This document shows, in pieces, positions 8,073 through 17,079 of a stretch of 55,864 bases of DNA. The notes beneath the pieces were generated by a model. It had not been told where the DNA came from. It ran no database searches and saw only the letters and a list, made by a program, of their open reading frames with translations. Origin of the DNA: an uncultured Gammaproteobacteria bacterium (lineage in GTDB: Bacteria; Pseudomonadota; Gammaproteobacteria; Magnimaribacterales; D2472); assembly GCA_964444385.1 (NCBI GenBank), contig CAYUHD010000003.1:1-55864 (forward strand), in the 5' to 3' direction. Positions within the stretch are counted from its first letter, which is position 1. Each line of letters opens with the position of its first letter. The position numbers were made by a program, and so were the translations under genes.

Positions 8073-9803
8073 CTACATGCTTTCTAAAGGCTCAATGCCC
8101 AACAGTTCTAAGGAGGAGGCTATTACAGCTTTTACAATGATTAAAGTCCGCATAATATTATTCTGCTCTGATTCTTCTGCTTTTAGGATATTTACACTGT
8201 TGTAAAATTTGTGGAAGCTTTGGGCAATATCTCGAAGGTAATAAACAATAAGATGGGGCTGAAGATTCTCCCCTGAATTTTTAATAACGAATTGAGCATT
8301 TAAAGCCATTTGAAGCAGCCCATCACAGGCCTCAAAATCATCATCATAAAATTTTTCTGGTAAAAACAGCCCTGATTCAAGATATTTCCTTTCCACAGAA
8401 CAAATTCTTGCATGAGCATATTGGACATAATAATAAAGGTTATCTTTAGAGTTAGATCTAGCGACTCCAATATCAAAATCTAGATGCTGATCTGCTTGTT
8501 TAGATAAATAGTAAAACCTTGATGCATCAGGCCCAATATCATCAATTAGTTGCTTTAGTGTATAAAAATTTCCACTGCGAGTGGACATCTTGACTTTTGA
8601 ACCATTTTCTAAGAGATTGGCAAATTGGACAAGCTGGACTTGCATTTGTTTTTTGCTATATCCCATAGCCTCAATCGTAGCCTCGATCCTTTTTATGTAG
8701 CCATGATGATCTGAGCCCCATATATTTATGATAGTATCAAATCCACGATCTAATTTATTTCTATGATAAGCTAAATCAGCTGAGAGGTAGGTCCCCCTTC
8801 CATCTTCACGGATAATTACCCGATCTTTATCATCGCCGAACTTAGTTGATTCTAGCCAAACAGCACCATTCTTTTTATAGGTATGCGCTTTTTTAACCTG
8901 ATCTAATGCCTTATAAATTTCTGATTTTTTGTCTGCAAGTTCTCCAAGCGAAGATTCAAAAAACCAGTTATCAAAAATTACTTTAAATTCAGTTAAATCT
9001 CCTTCAATAGATTTAATGACATAAGCCAGACCAGAGGCCCTAATTAATAACCAATAATTTGAATGGTTAGCTTTAATGCGTTCAATTAATTCATCAATTT
9101 GCTCTTCATCATCATCGGGAAGATCATTTATTAATAATTCTTTTTCAGGATCTGATACAGGCGAAACAATATCTATGCCACTTGCAATGTCTAAAACATA
9201 TGATCCTTTGTATGCTGAGCCTGGAAAATTATCTTCATCAAAACAGTTAAATTTTCTTAAGAAGATGCTGCAAGCCAAGATATCAATTTGTCTCCCCGCA
9301 TCATTTACATAATATTCTTTAGATACTTCATGGCCCAGATGCTTTAAGATTCGAGCAACGGCATCTCCATAGGCTGCCCCTCGACCATGGCCAACATGCA
9401 GTGGACCAGTTGGGTTGGCTGAAACAAACTCTATCTGTATTTTCTGTTTAGTTGCATGTGTAGATTTTGTAATAGATGTTGGGTTCTTATGAGCGTCATC
9501 AAGTTGATTTAAAAACGCTGTTCGAGTTAAGAATATATTTATGAAACCAGGGCCTGCCAATTCAACTTTTGCAATTCCAGGCAGGCTTTCTAATTTTGTT
9601 GAAAGGGTTGAGGCTATGTCTTTCGGGTTTTTTTTAGCAAGATTAGATGCAATTAAACAAAGATTAGTTGTCCAGTGACCCCTTTGTAGAGAATCTGTCA
9701 GGCTCAGTTTATGTTTATTTAATAAGATTTTCTTCTGGTCTGCTTGAAGGGCTAGCTCATTATCAATAAAGTCATTTAACGAAGATGTAATTTTATTATA
9801 CAA
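8073..9803 (-). CDS. argS: Arginine--tRNA ligase
   Basis: Class I HIGH-type motif (ANPTGPLHVGHGR), KMSTRSG (KMSK-like), and the typical C-terminal ...LESM end. Length is 576 aa. Confidence 0.95.
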   Translation of the reverse strand: MYNKITSSLNDFIDNELALQADQKKILLNKHKLSLTDSLQRGHWTTNLCLIASNLAKKNPKDIASTLSTKLESLPGIAKVELAGPGFINIFLTRTAFLNQLDDAHKNPTSITKSTHATKQKIQIEFVSANPTGPLHVGHGRGAAYGDAVARILKHLGHEVSKEYYVNDAGRQIDILACSIFLRKFNCFDEDNFPGSAYKGSYVLDIASGIDIVSPVSDPEKELLINDLPDDDEEQIDELIERIKANHSNYWLLIRASGLAYVIKSIEGDLTEFKVIFDNWFFESSLGELADKKSEIYKALDQVKKAHTYKKNGAVWLESTKFGDDKDRVIIREDGRGTYLSADLAYHRNKLDRGFDTIINIWGSDHHGYIKRIEATIEAMGYSKKQMQVQLVQFANLLENGSKVKMSTRSGNFYTLKQLIDDIGPDASRFYYLSKQADQHLDFDIGVARSNSKDNLYYYVQYAHARICSVERKYLESGLFLPEKFYDDDFEACDGLLQMALNAQFVIKNSGENLQPHLIVYYLRDIAQSFHKFYNSVNILKAEESEQNNIMRTLIIVKAVIASSLELLGIEPLESM

Positions 9804-9806
9804 AGC

Positions 9807-10367
9807 TTATACGCGCCCCGAATATCCACCAGATCTTGTGTCAACTTTGATTTTTTCTCCCTCTTCGACGAATAGAGGAACTTGGATAGTGACACCCGTC
9901 TCAAGTTCTGCTGGTTTAGTTGCTCCAGACACAGTATCTCCTTTAATGCCAGGATCAGATTTTGTAATGCTCAATTCAACAAATGGAGGCGCTTCAACTG
10001 AAATGGGTTCATTATTCCAGATTACAACCTCACAATTTTCTTGACCAACAATCCATTTCCTTGTATCGCCAACAACATTTCCATTGATGCCAATTTGCTC
10101 AAATGTAGACGAATTCATGAAATGCCACAGCTCTCCATCTGAATAAAGATAGCTCATTTCAACCGTCATTACATCAGCTTCCTTTACAGATTCACCTGAT
10201 TTATACGTTTTATCTACTACTTTGCCAGTGATTAAATTTCTAAACTTTATTCTCATCACTGCCTGACCTTTACCAGGCTTATGAAACTCATGCTCAAGAA
10301 TTGAACAAGGCTGACCATTGATTATAATTTTTAGACCGTTTCTAAATTGGCTTGTTGATATTTTCAT
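9807..10367 (-). CDS. efp: Translation elongation factor P
   Basis: The internal ATG at 10367 gives a 186-aa protein starting MKISTSQFRNGLKI with the KPGKGQA loop (Lys-type modification site). The longer ORF to 10556 has no EF-P-like sequence and would overlap the divergent gene. Confidence 0.93.
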   Translation of the reverse strand: MKISTSQFRNGLKIIINGQPCSILEHEFHKPGKGQAVMRIKFRNLITGKVVDKTYKSGESVKEADVMTVEMSYLYSDGELWHFMNSSTFEQIGINGNVVGDTRKWIVGQENCEVVIWNNEPISVEAPPFVELSITKSDPGIKGDTVSGATKPAELETGVTIQVPLFVEEGEKIKVDTRSGGYSGRV

Positions 10368-10410
10368 AGTGTGATTTACTCTCTTATTGTATATAAAAGG
10401 GGTCTTTTCA

Positions 10411-12255
10411 ATGTATAAATTTTTATTATCTACTATTTTTCTTTCTATCCTAGTTCTTTCCTCATGTTCAAGTGAGCAACCGAATGCTTTAATTGAATCC
10501 GATATAGAAGCATTTCTACAAAGAGTTGAGCTCGAAGATAAAACCCTAGGACCCATTGCAAGCTCTGCCTATTGGATTGGAGCTAATTTTATCACTTATG
10601 ATTCTCAGAAAGTAGTTGCAGATTATGGTAAAAGGTATCAATTACTTGCATTAGAGCGTGCCCGACAAGCCTCTTCCTTTGATGAGGTGGAAGTTTCAGA
10701 AGAAAATAGAAGAAAACTTAATCTCATTAAAAGCTCATTTGTAATGCCATCTCCCTTAGACGAAGAATTGGCTGGCGAAATCTCTGCAATAAGCGCTGAA
10801 CTAGATGCTATGTATGGAGCTGGAAAACACTGTTTTTCGGATAATGACTGTTATGACTTAGAGGCATTTGAGAGTGTAATTGATAACTCAAGAGATCCCG
10901 CTGAGCTTTTAAAGGCGTGGGAGGGCTGGAGAAATATTGGCAAGCCGATGAAAGATATGTATCTAAGAATGGTTGAAATTGGGAATCAAGGAGCCAATGA
11001 TTTGGGCTATGACGGCCTGACTGATTTGTGGTTTAGTCAATATGACATGCCAGCAGATGAGTTTTTAGATGAAACTGATAGGGTTTGGGATGAATTAAAA
11101 CCTCTCTATGATGCTCTGCATTGTCACGTCCGTGATGAGCTATCAAATTATTACGGTGAAGAAATTGTAGCCAAAACTGGCAATTTACCCGCACATGTTT
11201 TGGGAAATATGTGGGGACAAAACTGGGCAAATATTTATGACATTGTCTACATGCCAGAAAACAGCTTATCTTCTTCAGAGATTAATTTAACCAATATATT
11301 AATTGAGAAAGATATTGACGAAATAGAAATGGTAAAGATTGCTGAAAACTTTTTTATCTCACTTGGGTTTGAGCCTTTATCTGATACTTTCTGGGAAAGG
11401 TCATTATTTATAAAACCTCAAGATCGCAATGTTGTCTGCCATGCATCTGCATGGGATCTTGATTCAGATATTAACGATCTAAGAGTCAAAATGTGTATCG
11501 AAAGAAATGCAGAAGACTTTTCAACAATTCATCACGAATTAGGCCATATATTTTATTATCAGGCTTACAGCGGTCTGCCAGATATCTTCCAGGGTGGAGC
11601 AAACGACGGTTTTCACGAGGCTGTAGGAGACTTATTAACATTATCTATTACACCAGACTACTACCAGAAGATTGGAATGGTTTCTGAAGAGGAAGCCAAG
11701 AAAGCGAAAACTGATCCAATTTCTTTATTAATGCAGCAAGCACTAGATGGCGTTGTTTCGGTGCCTTGGACATTGATGCTAGATAAATGGAGAGCAAAAG
11801 TCTTCACGGGCGAGACAAGCACAGAAGAGTTAAATAATTCTTGGTGGGAATTAAGAGAATTTTATCAAGGTATAGGAGCACCGCGTGATCGAGATGTTGA
11901 TGCGTTTGATCCAGGAGCAAAATATCACATCCCAGGCAATACTCCTTATACTAGATACTACCTAGCAAAAATTCTTCAGTATCAATTTCATGAGTCTCTA
12001 TGTAACCAAATCGGTTTTGAGGGGCCGCTGCATGAATGCTCCATTTATGACAATGAGCTTGCTGGAGAAAAATTAAGAGCAATGCTTGCTCTGGGACAAA
12101 GTAAAGAATGGCAAACAGCTTTGGAAGCATTGACTGGGACAAGAGAATTGAGCGGGAAATCCATGCTTAATTATTATCAACCGTTAAAAGATTGGTTAGA
12201 TGTGCAAAATGTTGATCGGATATGCGGATGGGAGGGAGATGAAACACTTAATTAA
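10411..12255 (+). CDS. Peptidyl-dipeptidase A-like zinc metallopeptidase (M2, angiotensin-converting-enzyme family), predicted lipoprotein
   Basis: HEXXH (HHELGHIFYY) followed by EAVGD (third zinc ligand), the spacing typical of M2 peptidases. The N-terminus MYKFLLSTIFLSILVLSSC is a signal peptide with a lipobox. The ATG at 10411 is preceded by AAAAGGGG. Confidence 0.8.
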   Translation: MYKFLLSTIFLSILVLSSCSSEQPNALIESDIEAFLQRVELEDKTLGPIASSAYWIGANFITYDSQKVVADYGKRYQLLALERARQASSFDEVEVSEENRRKLNLIKSSFVMPSPLDEELAGEISAISAELDAMYGAGKHCFSDNDCYDLEAFESVIDNSRDPAELLKAWEGWRNIGKPMKDMYLRMVEIGNQGANDLGYDGLTDLWFSQYDMPADEFLDETDRVWDELKPLYDALHCHVRDELSNYYGEEIVAKTGNLPAHVLGNMWGQNWANIYDIVYMPENSLSSSEINLTNILIEKDIDEIEMVKIAENFFISLGFEPLSDTFWERSLFIKPQDRNVVCHASAWDLDSDINDLRVKMCIERNAEDFSTIHHELGHIFYYQAYSGLPDIFQGGANDGFHEAVGDLLTLSITPDYYQKIGMVSEEEAKKAKTDPISLLMQQALDGVVSVPWTLMLDKWRAKVFTGETSTEELNNSWWELREFYQGIGAPRDRDVDAFDPGAKYHIPGNTPYTRYYLAKILQYQFHESLCNQIGFEGPLHECSIYDNELAGEKLRAMLALGQSKEWQTALEALTGTRELSGKSMLNYYQPLKDWLDVQNVDRICGWEGDETLN

Positions 12256-13111
12256 TTTAGCTATTGCTGCCGGAGTTTTTATTTTTACAAAGTTCTATGC
12301 TGATGTGATTTCATTTAATAGCATTGAACTATCAGGAGCGAATTTAGTTAGTCATTTGCTAGTTATGACCTTTGTAATTCAATGGATTGCATATATCCCG
12401 GCTTTTCTTTTTGAAACCGAAAAGTTTTATGACTTAACAGGAAGCTTAACTTACATCGCAATTATCTCATTTGCTTTATATGCTTCAAATAGTTTTCAAA
12501 ATCCCCAATTTGGAAATCTAATTATAGGAATTGCTATTTTTCTCTGGGCCGTAAGACTCGGCACATTTTTATTTATGAGAATTCAGAAAGATGGCAAGGA
12601 TGGAAGATTTAACTCTGTTAAAACATCCTTCTCTCAATTTTTTATATGGTGGACATTACAGGGTATGTGGGTTTTTATTTGCTCATCTGCCGCTTTGGTT
12701 GCAATGGCAAGCCCAACGGGCGTAATAGTCAATAATATATTTATTATTGGACTTATTCTATTTATTGTGGGATTTGCTATTGAAGTAATAGCTGACAATC
12801 AAAAGTCAGCATTTAGAGCAAAGCAAGAAAATAGAGACTCATTTATAAACGAGGGTTTGTGGGCTAGGTCAAGACACCCAAACTACTTTGGTGAAATTAC
12901 TTTATGGACCGGAATAACTGTTATGGGGATCTCGTCATTCAGCGGGATGAATTATTTGGCACTCTTTTCGCCAATATTTACATACCTGCTTTTAAACTAT
13001 GTAAGCGGGGTAAGAATCCTTGAAGCAAGAGGCCATAAAAAGTGGGGGCACATAGAAGAATATAATGCTTATAAAGAATCAACACCAAAGATGATTCCAA
13101 AAATTTATTAA
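12239..13111 (+). CDS. DUF1295 / steroid 5-alpha-reductase-like polytopic membrane protein
   Basis: Multi-TM protein with the C-terminal RHPNYFGEITLWTG motif shared by the DUF1295/ICMT-type reductase-methyltransferase fold. The ATG at 12239 is preceded by GGAGGGA and overlaps the upstream stop by 17 nt. Confidence 0.65.
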   Translation: MKHLINLAIAAGVFIFTKFYADVISFNSIELSGANLVSHLLVMTFVIQWIAYIPAFLFETEKFYDLTGSLTYIAIISFALYASNSFQNPQFGNLIIGIAIFLWAVRLGTFLFMRIQKDGKDGRFNSVKTSFSQFFIWWTLQGMWVFICSSAALVAMASPTGVIVNNIFIIGLILFIVGFAIEVIADNQKSAFRAKQENRDSFINEGLWARSRHPNYFGEITLWTGITVMGISSFSGMNYLALFSPIFTYLLLNYVSGVRILEARGHKKWGHIEEYNAYKESTPKMIPKIY

Positions 13112-13266
13112 AGGATTAGATTTTTACTATACAGTAAAAAATATGTTTTAAGTTGTAACTTTGTAACACCATTTTGGTAAAATTAGGTACAATCACATCA
13201 TAAAAAATTTTGAATATTTTCACTACACTGTTAGACTAGTGAACCATTTTTCTAGGGGAGAAAAAC

Positions 13267-14019
13267 ATGTTAAAGAAAAGCCTAGTAGTTCTTACTATGT
13301 TGACTACTTTTGTAGTAGCAACAGAGATGGAACAAGTATTAGAAGTTGGAAGGGATAACACAGAGCTTTCAGCTAAATCTCAAGCAAAAATCGACGCAAC
13401 TGAATCGGCTACAGATAAACTCGTTAATGAGTTTAAAGTTGTTTCAAAGCAAGTTGAAGGATTAAAGCTTTATAACGCTCAAAAAAGAATTCAAATTCAA
13501 GCCCAGCTTAATTTAATGGATAAGTACGATGAGCAGCTTGTTCAAGTTGTTATTATGCAAAGACAAATTCCACCACTGGCCCAAAGAATGTTGGAGGGTT
13601 TAGAAAAGTATGTAAATCTTGATACCCCATTTCATTTAGAAGAAAGAAAGCAAAGACTAGATCTTGTCAGGTCTTCGCTTTCAAATCCAAAAGTTACAGC
13701 CGCTGAGCAAGTGAGACAAATTTTAGAAGCTTATAATATTGAAGCTGAATATGGCAGAAAACTAGATGCTTACGACGAAACAATTGTCCTTGATGGGCAA
13801 GAAGTAGTTGTAAATATTCTAAGAGTTGGAAGGTTGGGCATGTTCTTCCAGTCTAAGGATGAAAGAAAAACTGGATATTATGATAATGAATTGGGCACAT
13901 GGGAAGAGCTTTCTGGTAGCTACAGAGTAACTGTCAGAGATGGAATTCGAATGGCTCAAAAACTAGCGCCCATGGATATCATGATGCTGCCGGTAGTTTA
14001 CAGAGGAGATGCTTCATGA
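13267..14019 (+). CDS. DUF3450 family periplasmic coiled-coil protein (TtpB-like first gene of TonB2-type clusters)
   Basis: Signal peptide, long coiled-coil, and a C-terminal VNILRVGRLGMFFQSKDERKTGYYD segment typical of DUF3450. It overlaps the next gene by ATGA. Confidence 0.7.
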   Translation: MLKKSLVVLTMLTTFVVATEMEQVLEVGRDNTELSAKSQAKIDATESATDKLVNEFKVVSKQVEGLKLYNAQKRIQIQAQLNLMDKYDEQLVQVVIMQRQIPPLAQRMLEGLEKYVNLDTPFHLEERKQRLDLVRSSLSNPKVTAAEQVRQILEAYNIEAEYGRKLDAYDETIVLDGQEVVVNILRVGRLGMFFQSKDERKTGYYDNELGTWEELSGSYRVTVRDGIRMAQKLAPMDIMMLPVVYRGDAS

Positions 14020-15398
14020 AAACTTTAAATAAATATATTTTATCTTTTGTATTAGTTGCATCAGTTTCATCTTTTGCTCAAGAAGCAGCAGAAGGCGAGC
14101 CGACTACAATTCAGGGTCTATTGCAATTAGTTGAGCAAGGCAGAACAAGCGAACAAAATATTAATACAAAAAGAGAGGCAGACTTCCTTGCTAATAAAAA
14201 TAAACAAGCAGCAAAATTAGCAGCCGAAAAAAGAGAATTAGCAAGGCAAGAAAGAATTGCTGATCAGCTTGAGTCAGAATATAAGAAAAACGATGCCATC
14301 TTAGTTGTTAAAGAGGCAGCATATAAGAAAGAGTTAGGTTCTTTAGTAGAGCTTTTTGGTCATCTACAAAGTTCAGCAGGAGAGGCAAGTGCCCTTTTTT
14401 CTGATTCTTTGACTTCCGCGCAATACGGAAAAGAAAGAGAAAAATTTTTAAATGATTTATCTGCAAAAATGTCTAGTGCAACTGAACTTCCTACAATCAG
14501 AGAGCTTGAAGGTCTTTGGTATGAGCTTCAAAGAGAGATGGTTGCAGGTTCAGAAGTTGTTTCATTTGATACAAGCGTAATTAACTTAGAAGGTGAGTCT
14601 GAGACTTGTAAAGTAACTAGGGTAGGGCTTTATAATGCTATTTGTGATGGTAAGTACCTAGAATACATAGGTAGCAAAGGGCAATACGCATTTCTAGGAA
14701 AGCAGCCTGAGGGTCGTTATGTAAGCTCAGCTAAAAAGCTATCAAAAGCTGATGTTGGCGATGTTATTAAGTTTGGCGTAGATCCAACCGGTCCTGTTGG
14801 CGGAAGCTTGCTTGCTAATTTAATTCAAAACCCAAGTTTGATGGAAAGAGTTAATCAGGGTAGAGAGGTTGGTTACATAATTATTATTGTAGGTTTGTTT
14901 GGTATTGGAATTGCTTTTTGGAAGTTATTCACCCTTTATACAATGGGTGTAGCTGTTGCCAAGCAAGCTAAATCAAAAAATCATGATAAATCTAATCCAC
15001 TTGGAAGAGTCCTGGCCGTAGGTGAAGAGCATATGGGGAAGGATATAGAAACCTTAGAGCTAAGACTGGCTGAGGCGATTATGGCTGAAAGACCAGCTAT
15101 TGAGCGAGGCATTCCTGTTGTAAAAATCATTTCAGTAGTTGCGCCACTAGCTGGTTTATTGGGAACGGTTACAGGTATGATTGTTACTTTCCAGCAAATT
15201 ACACTATTTGGTACTGGGGATCCAAAGATTATGGCCGGAGGTATTTCTCAAGCTTTGGTAACTACTGTTTTAGGTTTGGTAGTTGCTATTCCAACAACGC
15301 TTTTACACTCTTTTGCTAACTCATCAGCAAGAGGAATTATTAATGTTCTTGAAGAACAAAGCACAGGGATAGTCGCAGAACATTCTGATTCAAAGTAA
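14016..15398 (+). CDS. MotA/TolQ/ExbB proton-channel family protein with a long N-terminal extension (TtpC-like)
   Basis: A 460-aa protein with a signal/anchor and coiled-coil N-terminal half. The C-terminal three-TM MotA_ExbB core includes APLAGLLGTVTGMI and GISQALVTTVLGL. Confidence 0.8.
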   Translation: MKTLNKYILSFVLVASVSSFAQEAAEGEPTTIQGLLQLVEQGRTSEQNINTKREADFLANKNKQAAKLAAEKRELARQERIADQLESEYKKNDAILVVKEAAYKKELGSLVELFGHLQSSAGEASALFSDSLTSAQYGKEREKFLNDLSAKMSSATELPTIRELEGLWYELQREMVAGSEVVSFDTSVINLEGESETCKVTRVGLYNAICDGKYLEYIGSKGQYAFLGKQPEGRYVSSAKKLSKADVGDVIKFGVDPTGPVGGSLLANLIQNPSLMERVNQGREVGYIIIIVGLFGIGIAFWKLFTLYTMGVAVAKQAKSKNHDKSNPLGRVLAVGEEHMGKDIETLELRLAEAIMAERPAIERGIPVVKIISVVAPLAGLLGTVTGMIVTFQQITLFGTGDPKIMAGGISQALVTTVLGLVVAIPTTLLHSFANSSARGIINVLEEQSTGIVAEHSDSK

Positions 15399-15405
15399 TT
15401 AGCTA

Positions 15406-15930
15406 ATGTTTTACGCAATCACCGAAGCATTTAATACCCTTAGAGACTTTATGTCTGCTGGGGGCAGTGTGCTCTGGTTGATTGCAATTCTTGCTGCCTT
15501 TATGTGGGCAATTATTCTTGAAAGAGTTTGGTACTTTAATGCCGGTCATAAGGTATATATGAATGATCTAAGATCCGAATGGGATTCTTTAGGCGATCAT
15601 TCAACTTGGAAGGCTCAACAGATAAAAGATAAATTAATTTCTCAAGCAAGGACAGAGGTCAATAGACATCTACCATTGATAAATACATGTGTTGCCCTTG
15701 CTCCGCTTTTTGGATTATTGGGAACAGTGACAGGGATGATTGAGGTATTTCAGGTCATGGCTTTTACTGGTGGTGGTGATGCAAGATCAATGGCTGGAGG
15801 TGTATCAAAAGCTACGCTACCCACTATGGCCGGAATGACCACCGCTTTGTCAGGGGTATTTGCTACTATTTATCTTAATTCAGCAAGAAATAGAGAAGAA
15901 AGCTTAATTAAAGAAACAATTAAAAATTAA
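15406..15930 (+). CDS. exbB: Biopolymer transport protein ExbB
   Basis: A 174-aa three-TM protein with APLFGLLGTVTGMIEVF and GVSKATLPTMAGM motifs of ExbB/TolQ. Confidence 0.85.
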   Translation: MFYAITEAFNTLRDFMSAGGSVLWLIAILAAFMWAIILERVWYFNAGHKVYMNDLRSEWDSLGDHSTWKAQQIKDKLISQARTEVNRHLPLINTCVALAPLFGLLGTVTGMIEVFQVMAFTGGGDARSMAGGVSKATLPTMAGMTTALSGVFATIYLNSARNREESLIKETIKN

Positions 15931-15942
15931 TAGGAGAATATT

Positions 15943-16353
15943 TTGAGAAGAAACGCTATATCAAGTGCAGTCCAAGAGGAAGAAGCTGAGATTAATATGA
16001 CACCAATGCTTGATGTTGTTTTCATCATGCTTATTTTCTTTATTGTGACAGCAAATTTTATTAAAGAACCGGGTCTTGAAATTAACAGACCAGAATCTGA
16101 TACTTCAGAAACGCAAGAAAATGCAGCCATATTAATTGCAATTGGTGCATCTGGTGAGATTTGGATGGATGGAAGAAGAATAGACGCAAGGCAGGTGAAA
16201 GCCAATGTAGTAAAACTTCTAGCAGATAATCCACAAGGATCAGTAGTTATTCAAGCTGACGAAAAAGCTATGGCTGATACGATTATTAAAGTAATGGATG
16301 GCTCGAGAGAGGCTGGTGTGTTTAACATATCTCTAGCTTCTGAACCTAAATAG
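15943..16353 (+). CDS. exbD: Biopolymer transport protein ExbD
   Basis: A 136-aa protein with the INMTPMLDVVFIMLIFF N-terminal TM signature of ExbD/TolR. TTG start is preceded by TAGGAGAATATT. Confidence 0.85.
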   Translation: MRRNAISSAVQEEEAEINMTPMLDVVFIMLIFFIVTANFIKEPGLEINRPESDTSETQENAAILIAIGASGEIWMDGRRIDARQVKANVVKLLADNPQGSVVIQADEKAMADTIIKVMDGSREAGVFNISLASEPK

Positions 16354-16362
16354 AGAATTATT

Positions 16363-17079
16363 TTGAATACTGCTAATAATAGTGTAAATACTTTTTTTCA
16401 AACCATGTCAAAGGTATTCGCACCATTAGCAGGGCTATATTACAAAGCATTTAACTACAATAAATATATAGCAGGCTCAGGCTTTGCAGCCTTGATAACA
16501 CTTGGGCTATTCTTTTTGATGGTTGCTTTAATCTCTTTGGGAGATAGCAGCATACCAACAGATAATTCTAGAAAATTAGGCGATGTCATAATGCCTGATA
16601 GAGATATTGATACCTTATTTGATAATGTGGAAAAGCCTGAAGAGCCTGATGAGCAACCAGAGGATATAGCACAGCCTGAGCTGGATCTTGCGCCTTTAGC
16701 TGGAGTTGATGTCAGCGTTCCTAAGCCAAAAACTAACTTTGCCGGCGGCGGATCTTTTTTTAGAGATGGGGAATATATTCCTTTATTCAAAGTAACACCT
16801 ATTTATCCTAGGAGAGCGCAAGAGAGAGGAATCATGGGTTATGCTATTGTATCTTTTACCATAACTGAGACTGGAACAGTAGAGAATTCAGTGCCTCTTG
16901 AGGGTATGTGTGGAGATCCTACAGATCCTGATACAGTTTATAGAACTTGTACTATTTTTAACTCAGCAGCTTCTAGAGCGGCCTTAAAGCTCAAGTATAA
17001 GCCTAAAATTGTTGATGGAAATGCTGTTAGGGTAGATGATGTGCCTCATAAGTTTACTTTTATCCTTGAGGAAACCTAA
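16363..17079 (+). CDS. tonB: Energy transducer TonB
   Basis: N-terminal TM helix, a Glu/Pro-rich spacer (EKPEEPDEQPEDIAQPE), and a C-terminal TonB_C-like domain (PIYPRRAQERGIMGYAIVSFTI...YKPKIVDG). The start is TTG at 16363, or alternatively ATG at 16405. Confidence 0.85.
   Translation: MNTANNSVNTFFQTMSKVFAPLAGLYYKAFNYNKYIAGSGFAALITLGLFFLMVALISLGDSSIPTDNSRKLGDVIMPDRDIDTLFDNVEKPEEPDEQPEDIAQPELDLAPLAGVDVSVPKPKTNFAGGGSFFRDGEYIPLFKVTPIYPRRAQERGIMGYAIVSFTITETGTVENSVPLEGMCGDPTDPDTVYRTCTIFNSAASRAALKLKYKPKIVDGNAVRVDDVPHKFTFILEET

Noticed and set aside
9807-10556. Long 249-aa version of the efp ORF with a 63-aa N-terminal extension.
   Set aside because: The extension has no EF-P similarity and would overlap the divergently transcribed peptidase gene. 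The internal ATG at 10367 gives a canonical 186-aa EF-P.
13121-13140. Palindrome TTTTTACT-ATAC-AGTAAAAA just after the DUF1295 stop. I considered it as a LexA/SOS box (it contains ACAGTA) or a Fur site for the TonB cluster.
   Set aside because: The spacing does not fit CTGT-N8-ACAG, and it has no resemblance to the Fur 7-1-7 motif. As RNA it is an almost pure A-U hairpin of low stability. At best it is a weak terminator, so I did not call it as a feature.
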